The position numbers were made by a program, and so were the translations under genes. Positions 49,674 to 62,800 of a stretch of 64,000 nucleotides of DNA are shown here, piece by piece; the stretch's first letter is position 1; every line of letters starts with the position of its first letter. The notes below the pieces were generated by a model that was given only the letters and a program-made list of their open reading frames with translations, made no database searches and was not told the origin of the DNA. Source of the DNA: Eutreptiella sp. 'Long Island Sound 2002' (lineage: Eukaryota > Protista > Euglenida); contig OZ038378.1 of the NCBI GenBank assembly GCA_964036045.1, positions 183,148,001 to 183,212,000 of the forward strand, in the 5' to 3' direction.

Positions 49674-50190
49674 GTAGACAAATAAATTGGTGCTGCTACC
49701 TCCTGCAATTGGGCACTCCATGAGGTAGTGGAGTGAAATGCAAAACAGGTGAAACAGCTGCATTGTGGGACTGGTCACCCCACATGGTTGCGATTCAAAG
49801 CGCAAAACAAATGGTCGGGGGACTGGGACTGGGACTGGGAAAAAGAGTTAAATAACCCTATCCTAGAGTACCTAGGGCTCCCTTTGCACAAACTGCACGA
49901 ACACCACTTTGTTGCACATGCACATTGCACAGGTTTGCCTTGTTCCAGTCTGATGTGCATAAGGATTTGACAAACACCGAATTTGATGACAAAAAATGCC
50001 TTGCAATTGAAGTTTTGCAATTTTCGTGTAACCTGCAGTGACTCTAAGAAGAGGTTGGGACAGGTGAGTGATCATTTGGTTATCAACGCACTGGTTGCGT
50101 TGTGTTGTAAGTTGTGAGTTGTCGATGGATTCAGAACAATGTGTCTCATTGAAGGTAAGGCAGATGCTATGAGTGGCCCAACCCAGTAGC

Positions 50191-50210
50191 CCTCCTTTGT
50201 CCAACCTTAG
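50191..50210 (+). promoter_or_regulatory. Putative spliced-leader trans-splice acceptor of ZDS
   Basis: cctcctttgtccaaccttag ends 5 nt before ATG 50216. Confidence 0.55.
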
Positions 50211-50215
50211 GCAAG

Positions 50216-52288
50216 ATGCAATATCGCACTCTGGACATTGAGGGCCCTCATTGGGAGGCTCAAACTCAGCAGTCCCACAACAAAGTGACTGCCCTCACCG
50301 CTCTGGCAGTGGTGGGCTGTGTGGCCCTGGGAGTGGCCTCTGTGTCCTCTCCGGCCACTGCATTCTATGCCCCAGCCACCTTGAGACCGGTGGTGGGAAC
50401 TCCCGCGACTGTCCCTGTTCCAAGAAACGTACACCAGCAGCGTTATGAAACTGCTTACGCAGTGTCCCTGGGGTCAGAGACAGATCAGTTTGCTGGCGCT
50501 GCCACAACTCAGTACAATGCCGCTTCCCCCACTCAAAGCGGCAGTTTGCCCGCCAGCTGGAGCAGTGTGCTTGTTTGTGCTGCTGCTGCCGTCGCTGGCG
50601 CTATGGCATACTTCCTAAGGCCGAAGGCAAAGCCTGCGCCAGAGTGGGCCATGATGACGACAACCGCTTCCCCTGAGTTCACATCTGATTCAGCCAAAAA
50701 GCAGATCGGAAACGACGCCTTCCTCAACAAAGACTTGATGGCACGTGCCCAAAATGGGCCCGGAATCGTCAACAAATCTAAGCTGAAGATTGGTGTCATC
50801 GGAGCTGGTCTTGCCGGGATGGTGGCAGCCATGGACCTGGCTGATGCCGGCCACGATGTTGAACTTTTTGAGATTCGCCCGTTTGTCGGTGGAAAAGTAT
50901 CGAGTTGGCAAGACAAGGATGGGAATCACATCGAGATGGGTCTGCATGTCTTCTTTGGCTGCTACTACAACCTCTTCGGCATCATGAAGCGGACTGGGTC
51001 GTTCGATCAATTTCTGCGTCTGAAGGAGCACACGCACACCTTCATCAACGAGGGTGGTGGGATCGGCGAATTGGATTTCCGGTTCCCAATTGGGGCCCCG
51101 GTGAGTGGTTTGCAGGCGTTTGCGAAGACGGAGCAGCTCGGGGTGGGGGATAAGCTGGCGAATGCCCTCCGTCTTGGCACATCACCCATTGTCCGAGCGT
51201 TAGTCGACTTCGACGGCGGCATGGACATGGTCCGCGACCTCGATGACATCACCTTCACAGAGTGGTTCACTCGCTTTGGTGGTTCCAGGGGTTCGATCGA
51301 GCGGATGTGGAATCCAATTGCGTACGCGTTGGGCTTCATCGACTGCGATCATATCTCTGCCAGGTGCATGCTCACTATCTTCATGCTCTTTGCCATTCGT
51401 ACGGAAGCCAGTGTTCTCAGAATGCTTGAAGGAAGTCCTCAGACATACCTCCATGACCCCATCATCAAGTACCTGGAGGACCGGAACGTCAAGATCAACC
51501 TCCGCTCCGCCGTGCGCGACATCGTCCATGAAGTGGACGCTGACGGAAAGCCCACGCACGTCAAAGGTATCCACATCAGCGGGGAGCAGGAGGCCCGAGA
51601 CTTTGACGTTGTGATCTGTGCCGCTGACGTCCCGGGTATCAAGAAGGTTCTTCCAGAGAACTTCCGTAAGATTGAGATGTTCGACAATATCTATAAGCTC
51701 GACTGCGTGCCGATCGCAACCGTCCAGCTTCGCTTCGATGGTTGGGTGACAGAGATGCAGTCTGTGGAACGTATGATGAACGTCTCTGGGGATCAATCCG
51801 ACGGCCGTGGCGGAGGCATCGACAACCTGCTGTACTCTGCGGACGCAGAGTTCTCCTGCTTCGCGGACCTCGCCGTCACGTCACCGGGTGAATATTACAA
51901 GGAGGGAGAGGGGTCTCTCATGCAGGCTGTGTTTGATTCCCGTGCATTCGAGCGATCGGAAGAACAGATTGTGCAGGATTGTATCGAACAGATGCACAAG
52001 CTGTTCCCGTCATCGAAGAAGTTGAACTGCACATGGTCCAGTGTTGTCAAGCTCGGTCAATCGCTTTACAGGGAAAAGCCTGGGCAGGATAAGTATCGTC
52101 CATCCCAAGCGACGCCAGTTCCTAATTTCTTTTTGGCAGGATCCTACACCTACCAGGATTACATTGACTCAATGGAGGGCGCCACCAAATCTGGAATCAT
52201 GGCTGCTGACGAAATCATCGCAAGGGCTGATGCACTTGCAACTCTCGCCAAGGAGAAAGCGGCAGCTCCAGCAGCAGCAGCAGTGTAG
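50216..52288 (+). CDS. ZDS: Zeta-carotene desaturase with euglenophyte class I plastid-targeting presequence
   Basis: FAD motif [34 protein letters not shown] is ZDS-type (PDS has WYETGLHIFFGAY). C-terminal [23 protein letters not shown]. Presequence: TM1 aa ~24-42, S/T/A/P-rich transit region, TM2 aa ~115-134, basic RPKAK, WAM motif. Single 690-aa ORF. Confidence 0.92.
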   Translation: MQYRTLDIEGPHWEAQTQQSHNKVTALTALAVVGCVALGVASVSSPATAFYAPATLRPVVGTPATVPVPRNVHQQRYETAYAVSLGSETDQFAGAATTQYNAASPTQSGSLPASWSSVLVCAAAAVAGAMAYFLRPKAKPAPEWAMMTTTASPEFTSDSAKKQIGNDAFLNKDLMARAQNGPGIVNKSKLKIGVIGAGLAGMVAAMDLADAGHDVELFEIRPFVGGKVSSWQDKDGNHIEMGLHVFFGCYYNLFGIMKRTGSFDQFLRLKEHTHTFINEGGGIGELDFRFPIGAPVSGLQAFAKTEQLGVGDKLANALRLGTSPIVRALVDFDGGMDMVRDLDDITFTEWFTRFGGSRGSIERMWNPIAYALGFIDCDHISARCMLTIFMLFAIRTEASVLRMLEGSPQTYLHDPIIKYLEDRNVKINLRSAVRDIVHEVDADGKPTHVKGIHISGEQEARDFDVVICAADVPGIKKVLPENFRKIEMFDNIYKLDCVPIATVQLRFDGWVTEMQSVERMMNVSGDQSDGRGGGIDNLLYSADAEFSCFADLAVTSPGEYYKEGEGSLMQAVFDSRAFERSEEQIVQDCIEQMHKLFPSSKKLNCTWSSVVKLGQSLYREKPGQDKYRPSQATPVPNFFLAGSYTYQDYIDSMEGATKSGIMAADEIIARADALATLAKEKAAAPAAAAV

Positions 52289-55200
52289 TGAGATAGCTAT
52301 CTGTGTGGCTGATTTCGGTTTTAATTTTTCAGCAGCGTTATATATTGGTAGTGCCCAAACCCTCATACAGGATTCCAATTTCTCAGTTCTGAGTCCGTAG
52401 TGCCAAACAGCTCCTACCCTCAAAAGAGCATTCCTGATCCCCAGCCCATAATAATGTGTCGCCATCTGGTTCCCTACTCTGACTACTATCCCTGCTGCAG
52501 CTTAGTTCAAGGGAGCCACAATTCCTGGGTTGGCAAGATTGGAAAGATGGAATGCAGGACCATTTAATGTGGGTCATGAGCATCCATTTCAGTCAAAGAG
52601 AACAAAGGAACAAAGAGAGTAAGCACCAGGTAATGTTTTTGTTTGAATGAGCGCAATGCCCTCCCACAAGAGGCCACGGCCACAGGCGCAAAATTTTTGT
52701 ACCAGGTCAGGTTTCCTACTGCAATACTGACCTCTATCTCTACCCCATACCCCATCCCAGGATTGCGGGTGATCGAATGGCTGTTTCATTTGTCATATTG
52801 CGACGCTTTTTCCGTTTGCATTATGCTCCTGTGCCATTTCACTCCCATGAGCCTTGGGTGCAGGTTATACGATTTTTTGCGTGACAGGTTCAGGTATCAG
52901 GATGGTGTTTTGTTGATGTTTAAGCGAAATATGTGGTGCTGGGCAGATATCTGTAGCAGAGGTCTTGGACCTCTCCCGAATTGTGCACCAATATGCGCGT
53001 AAAACAACCGAACCCCACTAGACCAGGGATATCCCGCACAAGGATGAAAGTCCACGGGATTTCTGTATATCAGAGCTTGTGGACCGTAGTTCAGCATATT
53101 TGTCACTCTGGAGCAGGTTGGGACTGCAGGCTGGACTTTGATGGGTTCTGCAAGGTCACAGGGTTGCATGCTGGCCCGTTTCTTGACAAAATGGAGCGCT
53201 ACAGGGGTTAAGGATTGGTGAGGCCCCTTTGTTTCCACCAATCATTATTTGTGCATAGACTAAAGTGTGGGACCATGATCCTGGATCTTCAGCTCACGCA
53301 CGAGAGATCAGTGCGAGGTGCAAAGCCACTACTGATGAACCATTTCAACATATTGTATCATAGTTTCTATTAGTCCTATTTTCCCCAGAAACCATGAGGT
53401 GGCATTTTTCCTTGTTACTGCCATTTTTCTGGGGTTTTCAGGCCGCAAATTCAGCTATGAGTTATTTCTGTCCCAGCGTCAGTTGGAAAGCCCTGTATTC
53501 CCATCTCTGCAATTTTTTGTCACGCGCCCAATGGTAAGATTTTTCATTTCCTGTCGCAAGTGACTCTATTGTGCACAATTTGTTCAGAAAGCAGGTTCGC
53601 AGGTGTGTGCGCTTATGTGAGTGGGGTGGGTGAGTGTTTGTGCATACCTGTGTGTGTGCGAGGAAAACTGGGTGTTAAAGTTCTGGTTTCTTCACAAAGT
53701 GTGTGTTTGTGTGTGTGTGTGTACCAGTAGCTGCTGACTACACAAGCCCTGTCCTGTAGACCTTCTGGTCGGGGCAAAAACCCCTCTCATTAGAGGGAAA
53801 ATTGCATGTCATGGACACATAGTGTGTTTGTGTCTGTGCATAAGTCGGACACTCTGTGCGTGTGTCTGTGTGTGCCTGTGTGGTGCCAATTTTTGCTGGA
53901 TTATTGCATCCAATTCGTATGGGCTGCTGCAGCCCTCACCCAGCCAGGCACGTCATATATTTTTGTCCTCTATCATCCCATGTTTTTGCTTTGACACAAA
54001 CTGACTGGAGTTTTTGTGTTGCCAAAATTGTGCACTGTGCTGGGACAGGCCAGTCCCCACTGTTCATCCCCGACCATCTTTTTCCTTGCAGTCAATCATA
54101 GTGACTATTCAGTCTTTGGGTAAGCAAACACGAAAAGGCAGTTTTGTAGTTGACATTACACTGACGAGTGCAATTTGGTGTTTACGGCATGCAAAGAACC
54201 CATTGAATGTGCCTATGACAGTGGTAAGGCAATTTTGTGATGGGAAATTTTTGCCGAGGGATACATCGCATTTCAAATGTGTGTAATAATACAAATTTGA
54301 AACACAAATTGTCCCACACATCTTTCAGGCTCTGGTGCGAAAAAAATTCACGTCGAGATTTAGCAAAATTGCTGGTTCAGTTGCTTTCGCTACATGCTCT
54401 GCATGTATGCATGCATATATTCAGCAAATATCAATTTCTGTCGGTAGGAAGCTTTACCCATTGATTCATCCATTTGTTGCACACTTTCCCACAGTTTAAC
54501 ACTATTTTATGTTGTGTATCTACGGCATGTTTCATTTCTTGATGCCCAAGCCCAAAATAGATTGAATGCCGAAAGGGCATTCTGCGATGGTTCAGCATTT
54601 GAAAGCCACAGAGGAGCACTACGTGAAACACATTGGGGTGCATATTCGAAAAAGAGTTGGGACGAATGATGGTACACCCCCCCCCCCCCTCTTTTTTTCC
54701 GTATCGACATGGACAATTGTTGGGGAACTATTTTGGCTTGTTTGTATCCAAAGAGATCATTCTGCTCAATCTTCGTGGAAAGCCATAGACCCTTAATAAC
54801 ACACAAATCAAAGTTTGCGGCACTATCCAATTAGTGGTGTGAAAACAGGCTGGTTGCATAGGGGTGGTTCTATATGATGTAAGCATACTGCAACAGGCCA
54901 CTCTACTGCATTCTTAGCATAATCCAAAAGTATTAAATCGGTTTTTAGCTATGTCGAATTCCATGATTTAGGATTATGCTAAAGACCAAGCAGAGTTTCC
55001 GAATAATAAAACACCCAAGACAAACCGCAACCGACAAAAAAACAAAGCACACCAATACTTTTGATACTCTTCGCACTTCACTGACTTGACTTTGGTCCAA
55101 TAATGGGAAGAGTAAGTCTTTACAGTACAACATAGCCATATTGCAATCGCGGCCAAATAAACATATCGTGTAACCTCAAATCTTATTGTTCGCACAATCA

Positions 55201-58200
55201 CAGCTTCTCGCTACATCTGCAATCTCTGCGATAGTCCCATTCAGTCCCACACTGTGCTATTTGCTTAGAATGAAGCAAAAAAAAAAGGGCCCATGTAAGC
55301 CACATTCCATAACAAAGATATCTACCAAGATTGGTCATTTGACTAGACCAAGGATGTGTGCATGCGAGTTGTCTTTTCTGGGCACCATAATCTTAAGCCC
55401 GTGAAAATCAAAGTAGAGGCCTTGTGCTTCTTTGCCTTGTTGTCTCTTTGGGCCTTTTACATTTCCATTTTTCGCAAAAACACCAATGACAAACTTGTTA
55501 TCACTCGGTACCGTAGCCAAAGTCTACCAATTCAAGCTCTTCGGTGTTGCACTCGCCTTACATTGGTCAAGCGTCATGGTGGCACTCAATGTGATTGCAA
55601 CTTTCATGGACATGGTACTTTAAAAAGGCAAAATTACGACGTGATGCAAAAATGCAATGTAAATTGTCATACAAAGATTTGCGCACGCCACAAGTACAAA
55701 TCGTAGAATATGGAGCTTGTGACGTTGTACATATGTGAGACTATTCAAGTGGAGTTGTAGGATTGTAGATGTACGGAATGGGTGAGTTGAGAGGGTCTCA
55801 AAGGTGGTAGGTTTGTTGCTTTTTGGAGTTGTAGACCTATGGTGTTGTGAGATTGCGTAGCTGAAGGGCTGAGTGTTTCTAATGCAAGATGCTACATCAT
55901 TGTTTGCTCATGTTTGTGACGCCAAGGTAGACAGTTATCACCTTTGCGAGGTGCTTTTATGCGGTCAATTGACTTACATTCAAACCTATGATAACTTTCT
56001 ACAGTTTCTCCAATTTGCATTGTTTATTCTGAACATGGGCGTGCCGGATGTGGTACTACATCCACACGCTTGTCATTGAAAAGTAAATCATTGAAATCAG
56101 GGTTGCCAGCTCTTAATTGCTATACAAAACTCTCCATACCTTCTGTGCCCCCGGCCCGCCTTGAAACAGTGCGCCAATAGGGCCCAAGCTATTGCACGAC
56201 CAAAGGAGGGGAAGGTATGGCATGCAAGTCATAAAGCGCGACACACATACATGTCTTGTGATGCCTAGGCAACAGTGTTTAGCCGTTCATTACTATCACA
56301 ACTATACATACACAAACCTAGCTTGCAATCCATGCTTTTGCGCCTTTTTTTGTCTACATATAGTGTTTGCATAGTACGGTACAGAATAAACACTCTTAGG
56401 TTAGGCGAGGGAGTTGCTGCATGGTGCCGTAGAATTCATACAAAACGACCAAGTCCAGGTTGGAAAAGACTGCGCAAGAAGAGCCCAATTTAAAGAAAGC
56501 TCTGAATCATGGGTGTGCCAATGTCAATTTTGGGGGGTCAATGTCAATTTTGGGCTTATTGGGACAGCTCAAGGATGAGGGGGTTCCCCAGCAAGCAGCT
56601 ACCAATCAACCTGTGTTTTTTGGGAAGTCACAACGTATTACCAACAATCAATAACAACCCTCTATACATCAGTAGCAATCCAACGGGAATGAATAGCAAC
56701 CACGGAGAAGTAACGACAACCACTGACAGTTTCTTGGAAACCCCCAATGGAAAAGAGGCAAGGATGGCGTTCCGCAAACAATATTTTTTGCAAAATTACT
56801 ATCACAAAAAACAACCTAAAACAACCCCAAAAGAGTGTAATGTGGCAGCTGAAAGTTTGCCGGAGGTAGGTGCACAGGATGCAAATTTGGGAGTGGTTGT
56901 GGGATAAAAACCGATGTATAGTGTCAATGATGTAACACGGTGGGCTTACTACATTTCTCTGGGTGTCTCATGTCTTATGTGTTGTTGGTGGCGGTGTATC
57001 CATAGGTTGGAGCCTTAGTGAGTCCCAAACTGCAATCTTGGACAAATCTCATTGCTTGTGTTGGAACGACAAGAAGCGGATGTGTACCACGGGCTCCATG
57101 TGTTTGTACTTGTTCCCTTTTCATGCATTCATCCATTCATTTTGTAGCGGCTTATGCCCCCGCTTGGGCAGGTCCGATTGTGTTCGAAGAAGGCAGGGAA
57201 TAGTGGGTGCATCTGTAACACAGGATGTGGTATTAGGGGGTGGCCTGTGCTCGGTGCCGTTGGTATCTGCTTAATGAGATGCCCTGAGCTCTGAGCAGAA
57301 AAAGGGCCATTACATCCCCTGATATTCACGGTGTATGCACAAAAAAAAAGTGTGAAAAGCAACCTTAAAGTCAGTGCGTCTAGTGTGCCGTGAGAACGAG
57401 ATGATAATGGTGCCATGGTGCAGCCTGGTGTGCATCAAATTGGGCAGCAACTTGGCTGTACAGAGATGGTGTCCTGAACAAGAAGGTCAAAAGAACAACA
57501 TGGTAGCGCAGCTGGGCGCGATCTTGTCTGAGATGTAAAACAACAACTGGGCAGCAACTGGGCTGTACAGGGATGGCGTGCTGAAAAAACAGGGCCAAAA
57601 GAACAAAACCTGTTCCTTTTTGGCAAAATCTCCTTTTGGGCAGTTTTTGTGTACCACGGTTGGTGCAAAGCCCCTAAGTTAAACCAAGATTCCAAGGAAT
57701 TATCATTGTTTTGTTCTGTAAAAAATGCAAAAAAAGTGCATGCGGTTTGGCACAAGGCCGTGCGAAAATGCGAAACTTGCGAAAAGCGGTACACTCAAAA
57801 AGGAGAGCACCTAGTAGACATGATTATCTGGCCATCCACCACCATCTTAGGCCATCTAAAGTGCACCCCGTTTTTTTCGACAAAGGACCTGAAAACGGAC
57901 ACGGATTTTTTGTCCCGTGTGACAGATACGCCGCATAACTAGAATGCCTAGAAAACTATTGTTTGACACATTTTGACCGTTTTTGGACCTAGTTTTGAAG
58001 ATCAAATTATTGATCTTCTGTTCAAAACGGAGCATGTTATACATGGTTTTAGTCTATGAACGAAATTTTAACAATAACGTTGTCGTGCGCAATTTGAGAA
58101 AGCCTCGAAAAGGTGGTTGGTTTCTGCAAAGGGAGGTTGGCTACACAAAAATATGATTATTTTGAAAGCTTGAGTGCGCGAAGCTGCACGCATTTAGCCC

Positions 58201-59279
58201 CATGGAAGTGATTTTTTTCAAGGCCTTTGCACATGCTTTTCTGTCACACTACTTAGCATGCAACTTTGTGCAAAAAATACACGGCATCTTTTTCTATAGC
58301 CATGTAAGGGAAGAGTGCGCCGTCTGCTATGGTCCACAGTTGCAAGTGCCTTAATAAGCCTTGAAAACATGTTACTAGATGCAAGGCACCATCAATGTAG
58401 TCCCAAAAAAAAGTTGAAATACCCCCTTCAGTGCATGAGCCCTTGCGTACCAAGGGTGTGTAGTTAAACATTTTGTAATAGCACCGAAGAAATTCTTTGA
58501 CACGTGTCTTCTGCCATTGGCTTGGTTTGGCAGCAAAAACCAGTGCAAAAGTACCAAATTCTGAAAAAAAACAATGAAGATGACCACCTTTAGAAGGGTT
58601 CTTAAGTATGGCTCTTGAAGATAAACATGATTGCTTAGAGAATGGCGCACACTTAGAACCAAGTCAAATCTAAGCAGTCATGCCGTCAAGGCTCTTACAA
58701 ATTGGAATATTGGAGTATGGATCCATCATACGTGGCTTTATTGTTGGCATTGCACACAAGATTCGCTAATCATCACCCTGAGTCACGTGAATGCGCGAGG
58801 CCTCGCGCACTCCAACTTCAAAAATTGTTTTTTTGGGTTGCTTTGAAAGTGTGCTCCTTGGAAACAGCTTTGAGAAATATTTTACACCTCACCGCAAGTT
58901 CAAAGCATTATTTCATTTATTGATTTCTACCTCTGGATGATCTGCCCCTGATGGCGTCATGGGGTTGCAAAACAGGTTGCACTTTAGGCGGCCTGAGACC
59001 GTGGACATAGTGATAGCTGATTGCTGCAAAACACAGCCAACCGGTATGTGATATATGATTCCTTGACTCATCCTGTTGTAGAGGCCCAAGTTTCTGAGCT
59101 GCACCAATTACTGCCTCTAAAAGACATCTCACAGCGTTGAAGGCAACCTCCTTAGTCGGAGGGCTATATTTTGTTGAGTGAACTGTATTCATGGAAAGCG
59201 TGTCCATTTCACAAATATGAAATGACTTGGGCACTACGAGAGAACGTCAGAATGTTTGGGCCTTTCTAGCAGTAATAGA

Positions 59280-59830
59280 GCTTGATAAATTGGTGAGATA
59301 AAGCGCCCCTGCTCCGCTAGTCTATCTACTCTGTCATTACCTTCAATGACAACAAAAATGTGACTTGGTACCTTGGCCTAGTAGACGGATGCTAGGTGTG
59401 GAACTGTCAATCAGCTGTACTAAGCGAACCCTTCGGTCCACATTGAAAACATTGCCTTGTTTGTTCACCCAACCAGCCCCATCAAAAAGGTATTGCTGGT
59501 CCTTGGCTATGGCGACTAATCAATCTTGTTCTTGCATTTGCTCCAAAATACAGATGATGGCAAAGAATTCTGCCCTTTTGTTTGTTTTGGGACAATCTAC
59601 TCACAAATGATTGGATGCTTCCCATTCCCCATGTAAGGCACCGCCATATCGTACAACCCATCTGACATGGGGACAGCGTTCCACAGACCCATCAGAATAG
59701 ACAATTGCCCAGCCCATAGACTCCAACTCTGAAATGGCCGCCAGGGACTGCTGAGCTAACTCTTCCGTATGCAGTTGTTTTCGATGCTTCTTAGCCTGAT
59801 GTAGTGCACTGTCTGACTGGAATCCGAATC
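59280..59830 (-). pseudogene. Decayed RNase H domain of a retroelement
   Basis: Ordered motifs across frameshifts: AIVYSDGS (~59699), TNKRAEFFAII, KDQQYLFDG, KVPSH..IEGNDRVDRLAEQGR. Confidence 0.7.
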
Positions 59831-62800
59831 TGCGGTAAGGATCTGTCTGGTGCAGTGAATATATTGCATGATAAAATTGATGGAGGGCAGGGGGGGGGGG
59901 GTGGGGATTGACTGACCCATTTTCTGACCCCGAAATCACCATCTTTTGGAAATTCTTGATTTGAAATTGGATTTCCAGACCCCCACTATATGGGGTTCCC
60001 CTAGGCAGCGGTGAGCGCTTTTGCAGTTTTTAGGCTGTTCAGTGGCCCTTGAAAATGTTCAAAAATTTGACTTTTGCAAAAACCTTCTGTTTGCTCCAGA
60101 AGGAATTTGGGTTAACAGTACTAAGGGGCACAGGGCAAAAGCAAAGGCAAAAAGGCAGGTCAAAACAAACACCAAGGCAAAAACAAAGCCCAGCCAGATG
60201 CCAAAACCATACATTCAGCTTTGCTGATGGCACCACCTCTTGCTCCAACACCCTCTCCAGCAGAGCCAGCTAAACCTCCTGCTCCTCCACTTCCACTGGC
60301 CTGTTCAGCTCCTCAAGTACCTCTCATCAACCCCATTTAATGGGCTGTTGAAATCGCAGGTGCAAACTTGCAGGGCATATTACTGTACATGACAAAATTA
60401 CTGTATGGTACATCTGAGAGGTGCATCAATTGTTGCAGCCTCATCATCCTAATTTCGACACCTGTGTAATTGTTCAGCATTTGCGGCGGCCACAGCCCCC
60501 AATCCCAAGGCCGTCCTGGCATGGGGACGAAGTCTCCCTCCCGACTTAACATATCCTGCACTCAAATTCGGAGTTAAGTGCCCAACAAACTCCAATATGA
60601 ACTTCATAAGACATATGTTTGCCATCAATTGTTCACCGCTCGTTCACTGCTTGGCATGCACTCTATGAGCTGCACTAGAAAATTTCAACCTTTTTCTTCA
60701 CTGACGCTTGACGCTTGGCAGTCTTTTTCTCATGTCCCCGGTCCTCTTCCTTGCATTGGTGTAATTCACAGGACCGCACCAGACGTGCATGAACACTTGG
60801 AGCGGAAGAAGCGAGCTGTGCCAAATTTGTTGAGCTTCAAGACAAATCCATCAACCTCTAATCAAGGGCATCCCTGTAGGCATTGACGCACCCCCCCCCC
60901 CCCCCAAAGGGTACCTGATCTTGGGAGATGGCAGCCCAAACTTGAAAAATACTTTTAAAAAAAAAACGTCATATCACCCTCCCCTTCCAGGTGTTTACAG
61001 CCCCTATGCTGGGGCGTAGGTTGTACGATGTGTAGGTTATGTGCAACCCACAAGAATATTAACATCGCATGAATATGGCATCATGCTGGATCTTTGTGAT
61101 ACTTGTATTGTGATAATATAAGTTGGACAGAGGAAGCCAGAGCCTCGGCATGTGGGGATTGTGGGCATTGGAACGCCTGTTTTGAAGGCTTATCCCAAGC
61201 GCTGGTGTTGATGCTGCCTGACCATCAAAGCGAACCGATGCATCAGCTTCGTGAGACAGCACAAAGAGCAAGAAGAACGGCAGCATGAGATCGATTGACA
61301 CCGCATAGCCCATCCCAGCGCCTTGGGCTCATTGTGCGCGCTACCTGGGGTTAGGGTGTGCGCACCACAAGGCACAGGCGGGCCCCGGTTAGTGGACGGG
61401 CGGACTTTGGTTCGTAAAGTGACGCAGCAGCCGGAGGCCCTAAGGGCTAGAGCTAAGCATAGCGACTGCAAGAACGGACCCGAGTCGGATGGCAGTAGTG
61501 GCACTAGCACCGTTCCAAACAGTGCAGGAACAGCGCAAAATTGCTCACAATGCATGGTGTGGATAACTGACATGCAAAAAAATCTTGGACCACAGCACAC
61601 AGACTACACCATGAAGAAGACTACGTGTACATTTTCTGACATGACTGAAATGCATGGGAGGAGATGGGGATCAGGGGCAACCAACCTGTCAAGCAGAGGT
61701 GCAGGGTAAGAACAGCGTAGGAACAGCTACCACAGCTAGAGCAACAGCGCTAGTGCCATTACTGGGGCCGGACGCATCCCGCTCTTTTGGCCGGATCATC
61801 CCGCATGATCCTCCTTCCCCGAATAGTGGCCGGGTGCTGCTGCCAATTCTGCAGCAGATCCTGTTGTGCAAAACATACACATCAACAAATTAGGCCTGAA
61901 CGCAAAATGGCGGACCACCCACTTTGTAATCAAAGTGAACTGGCCTGAAGCGCATGCACGTCACCAGCACAACCTGTCAGAATGTGCCCAGAGGGTGTCG
62001 GGCGAGCTGTGGCTCAGAGCCTGAAAAGAATTCCAAAAACCTGGTGAAAATGTTCACTCCGCCCTCCTTCGCCTTCAATGAACAATACGCCCGGGGGCCT
62101 TGTCTAAGAAGCGCCCGAGTTCAAAACGAAGTACGGTCCCTCCAGCGGTGGAGCAGTCCTTGCATGCGACACAAAACACTTCTCTGCCTGGCTCAAAAAC
62201 ATGTGGTTGCAGTGGTAACAAGACCCACAGGGGCAGATGTGGAAAGAACTCGCCGATGCATAGGACGGTCCTCTTGGCGCAACAAAAAAACGTGGCGGAC
62301 TCTGGCACATCTGGTCCTCAACAGTGCACCGGCTGGTCAGGATCTGCTGTTGGTTGCCGTCTGTGATGGGCCCCAAGCAAGGGCCGTTGCCACTACAAAC
62401 AGACCATGCCTCTACGGGGCTACAATGCCGGTCCACATGCGAAGAATATCCGATGCGCAGTGTACTCTGTTTCTGTATCTTGACTCAGAACTCCCACAAA
62501 GCTCAGAACCTCCACAAAGCAGGTTACCGAACCACAGTGAGCTCACAAACGAGAATTGTTTCGCACGAATCTTGCACAAATGCAACTGGCTGTATCCACA
62601 TGGCCCAGGGTCTTGAATGGCTGATGAGAAAAGCTTGGCCCTTGGCTTCGAAACCTGGTTCTGCTATATCTGACATGCATATGTTCTTCCCGCACACACA
62701 AAACCTGTGTGCTTCACACAAAAACAAACAAGTTCAACCACCACTTCCCAAGGAGGTTGCACCGACTATCAGAGCACATCGTCGTCAGCCACGACTACAT

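Noticed and set aside
50216-52288. Annotation as phytoene desaturase (PDS)
   Set aside because: The [15 protein letters not shown] and RPFVGGKV motifs are ZDS-type, not PDS-type.
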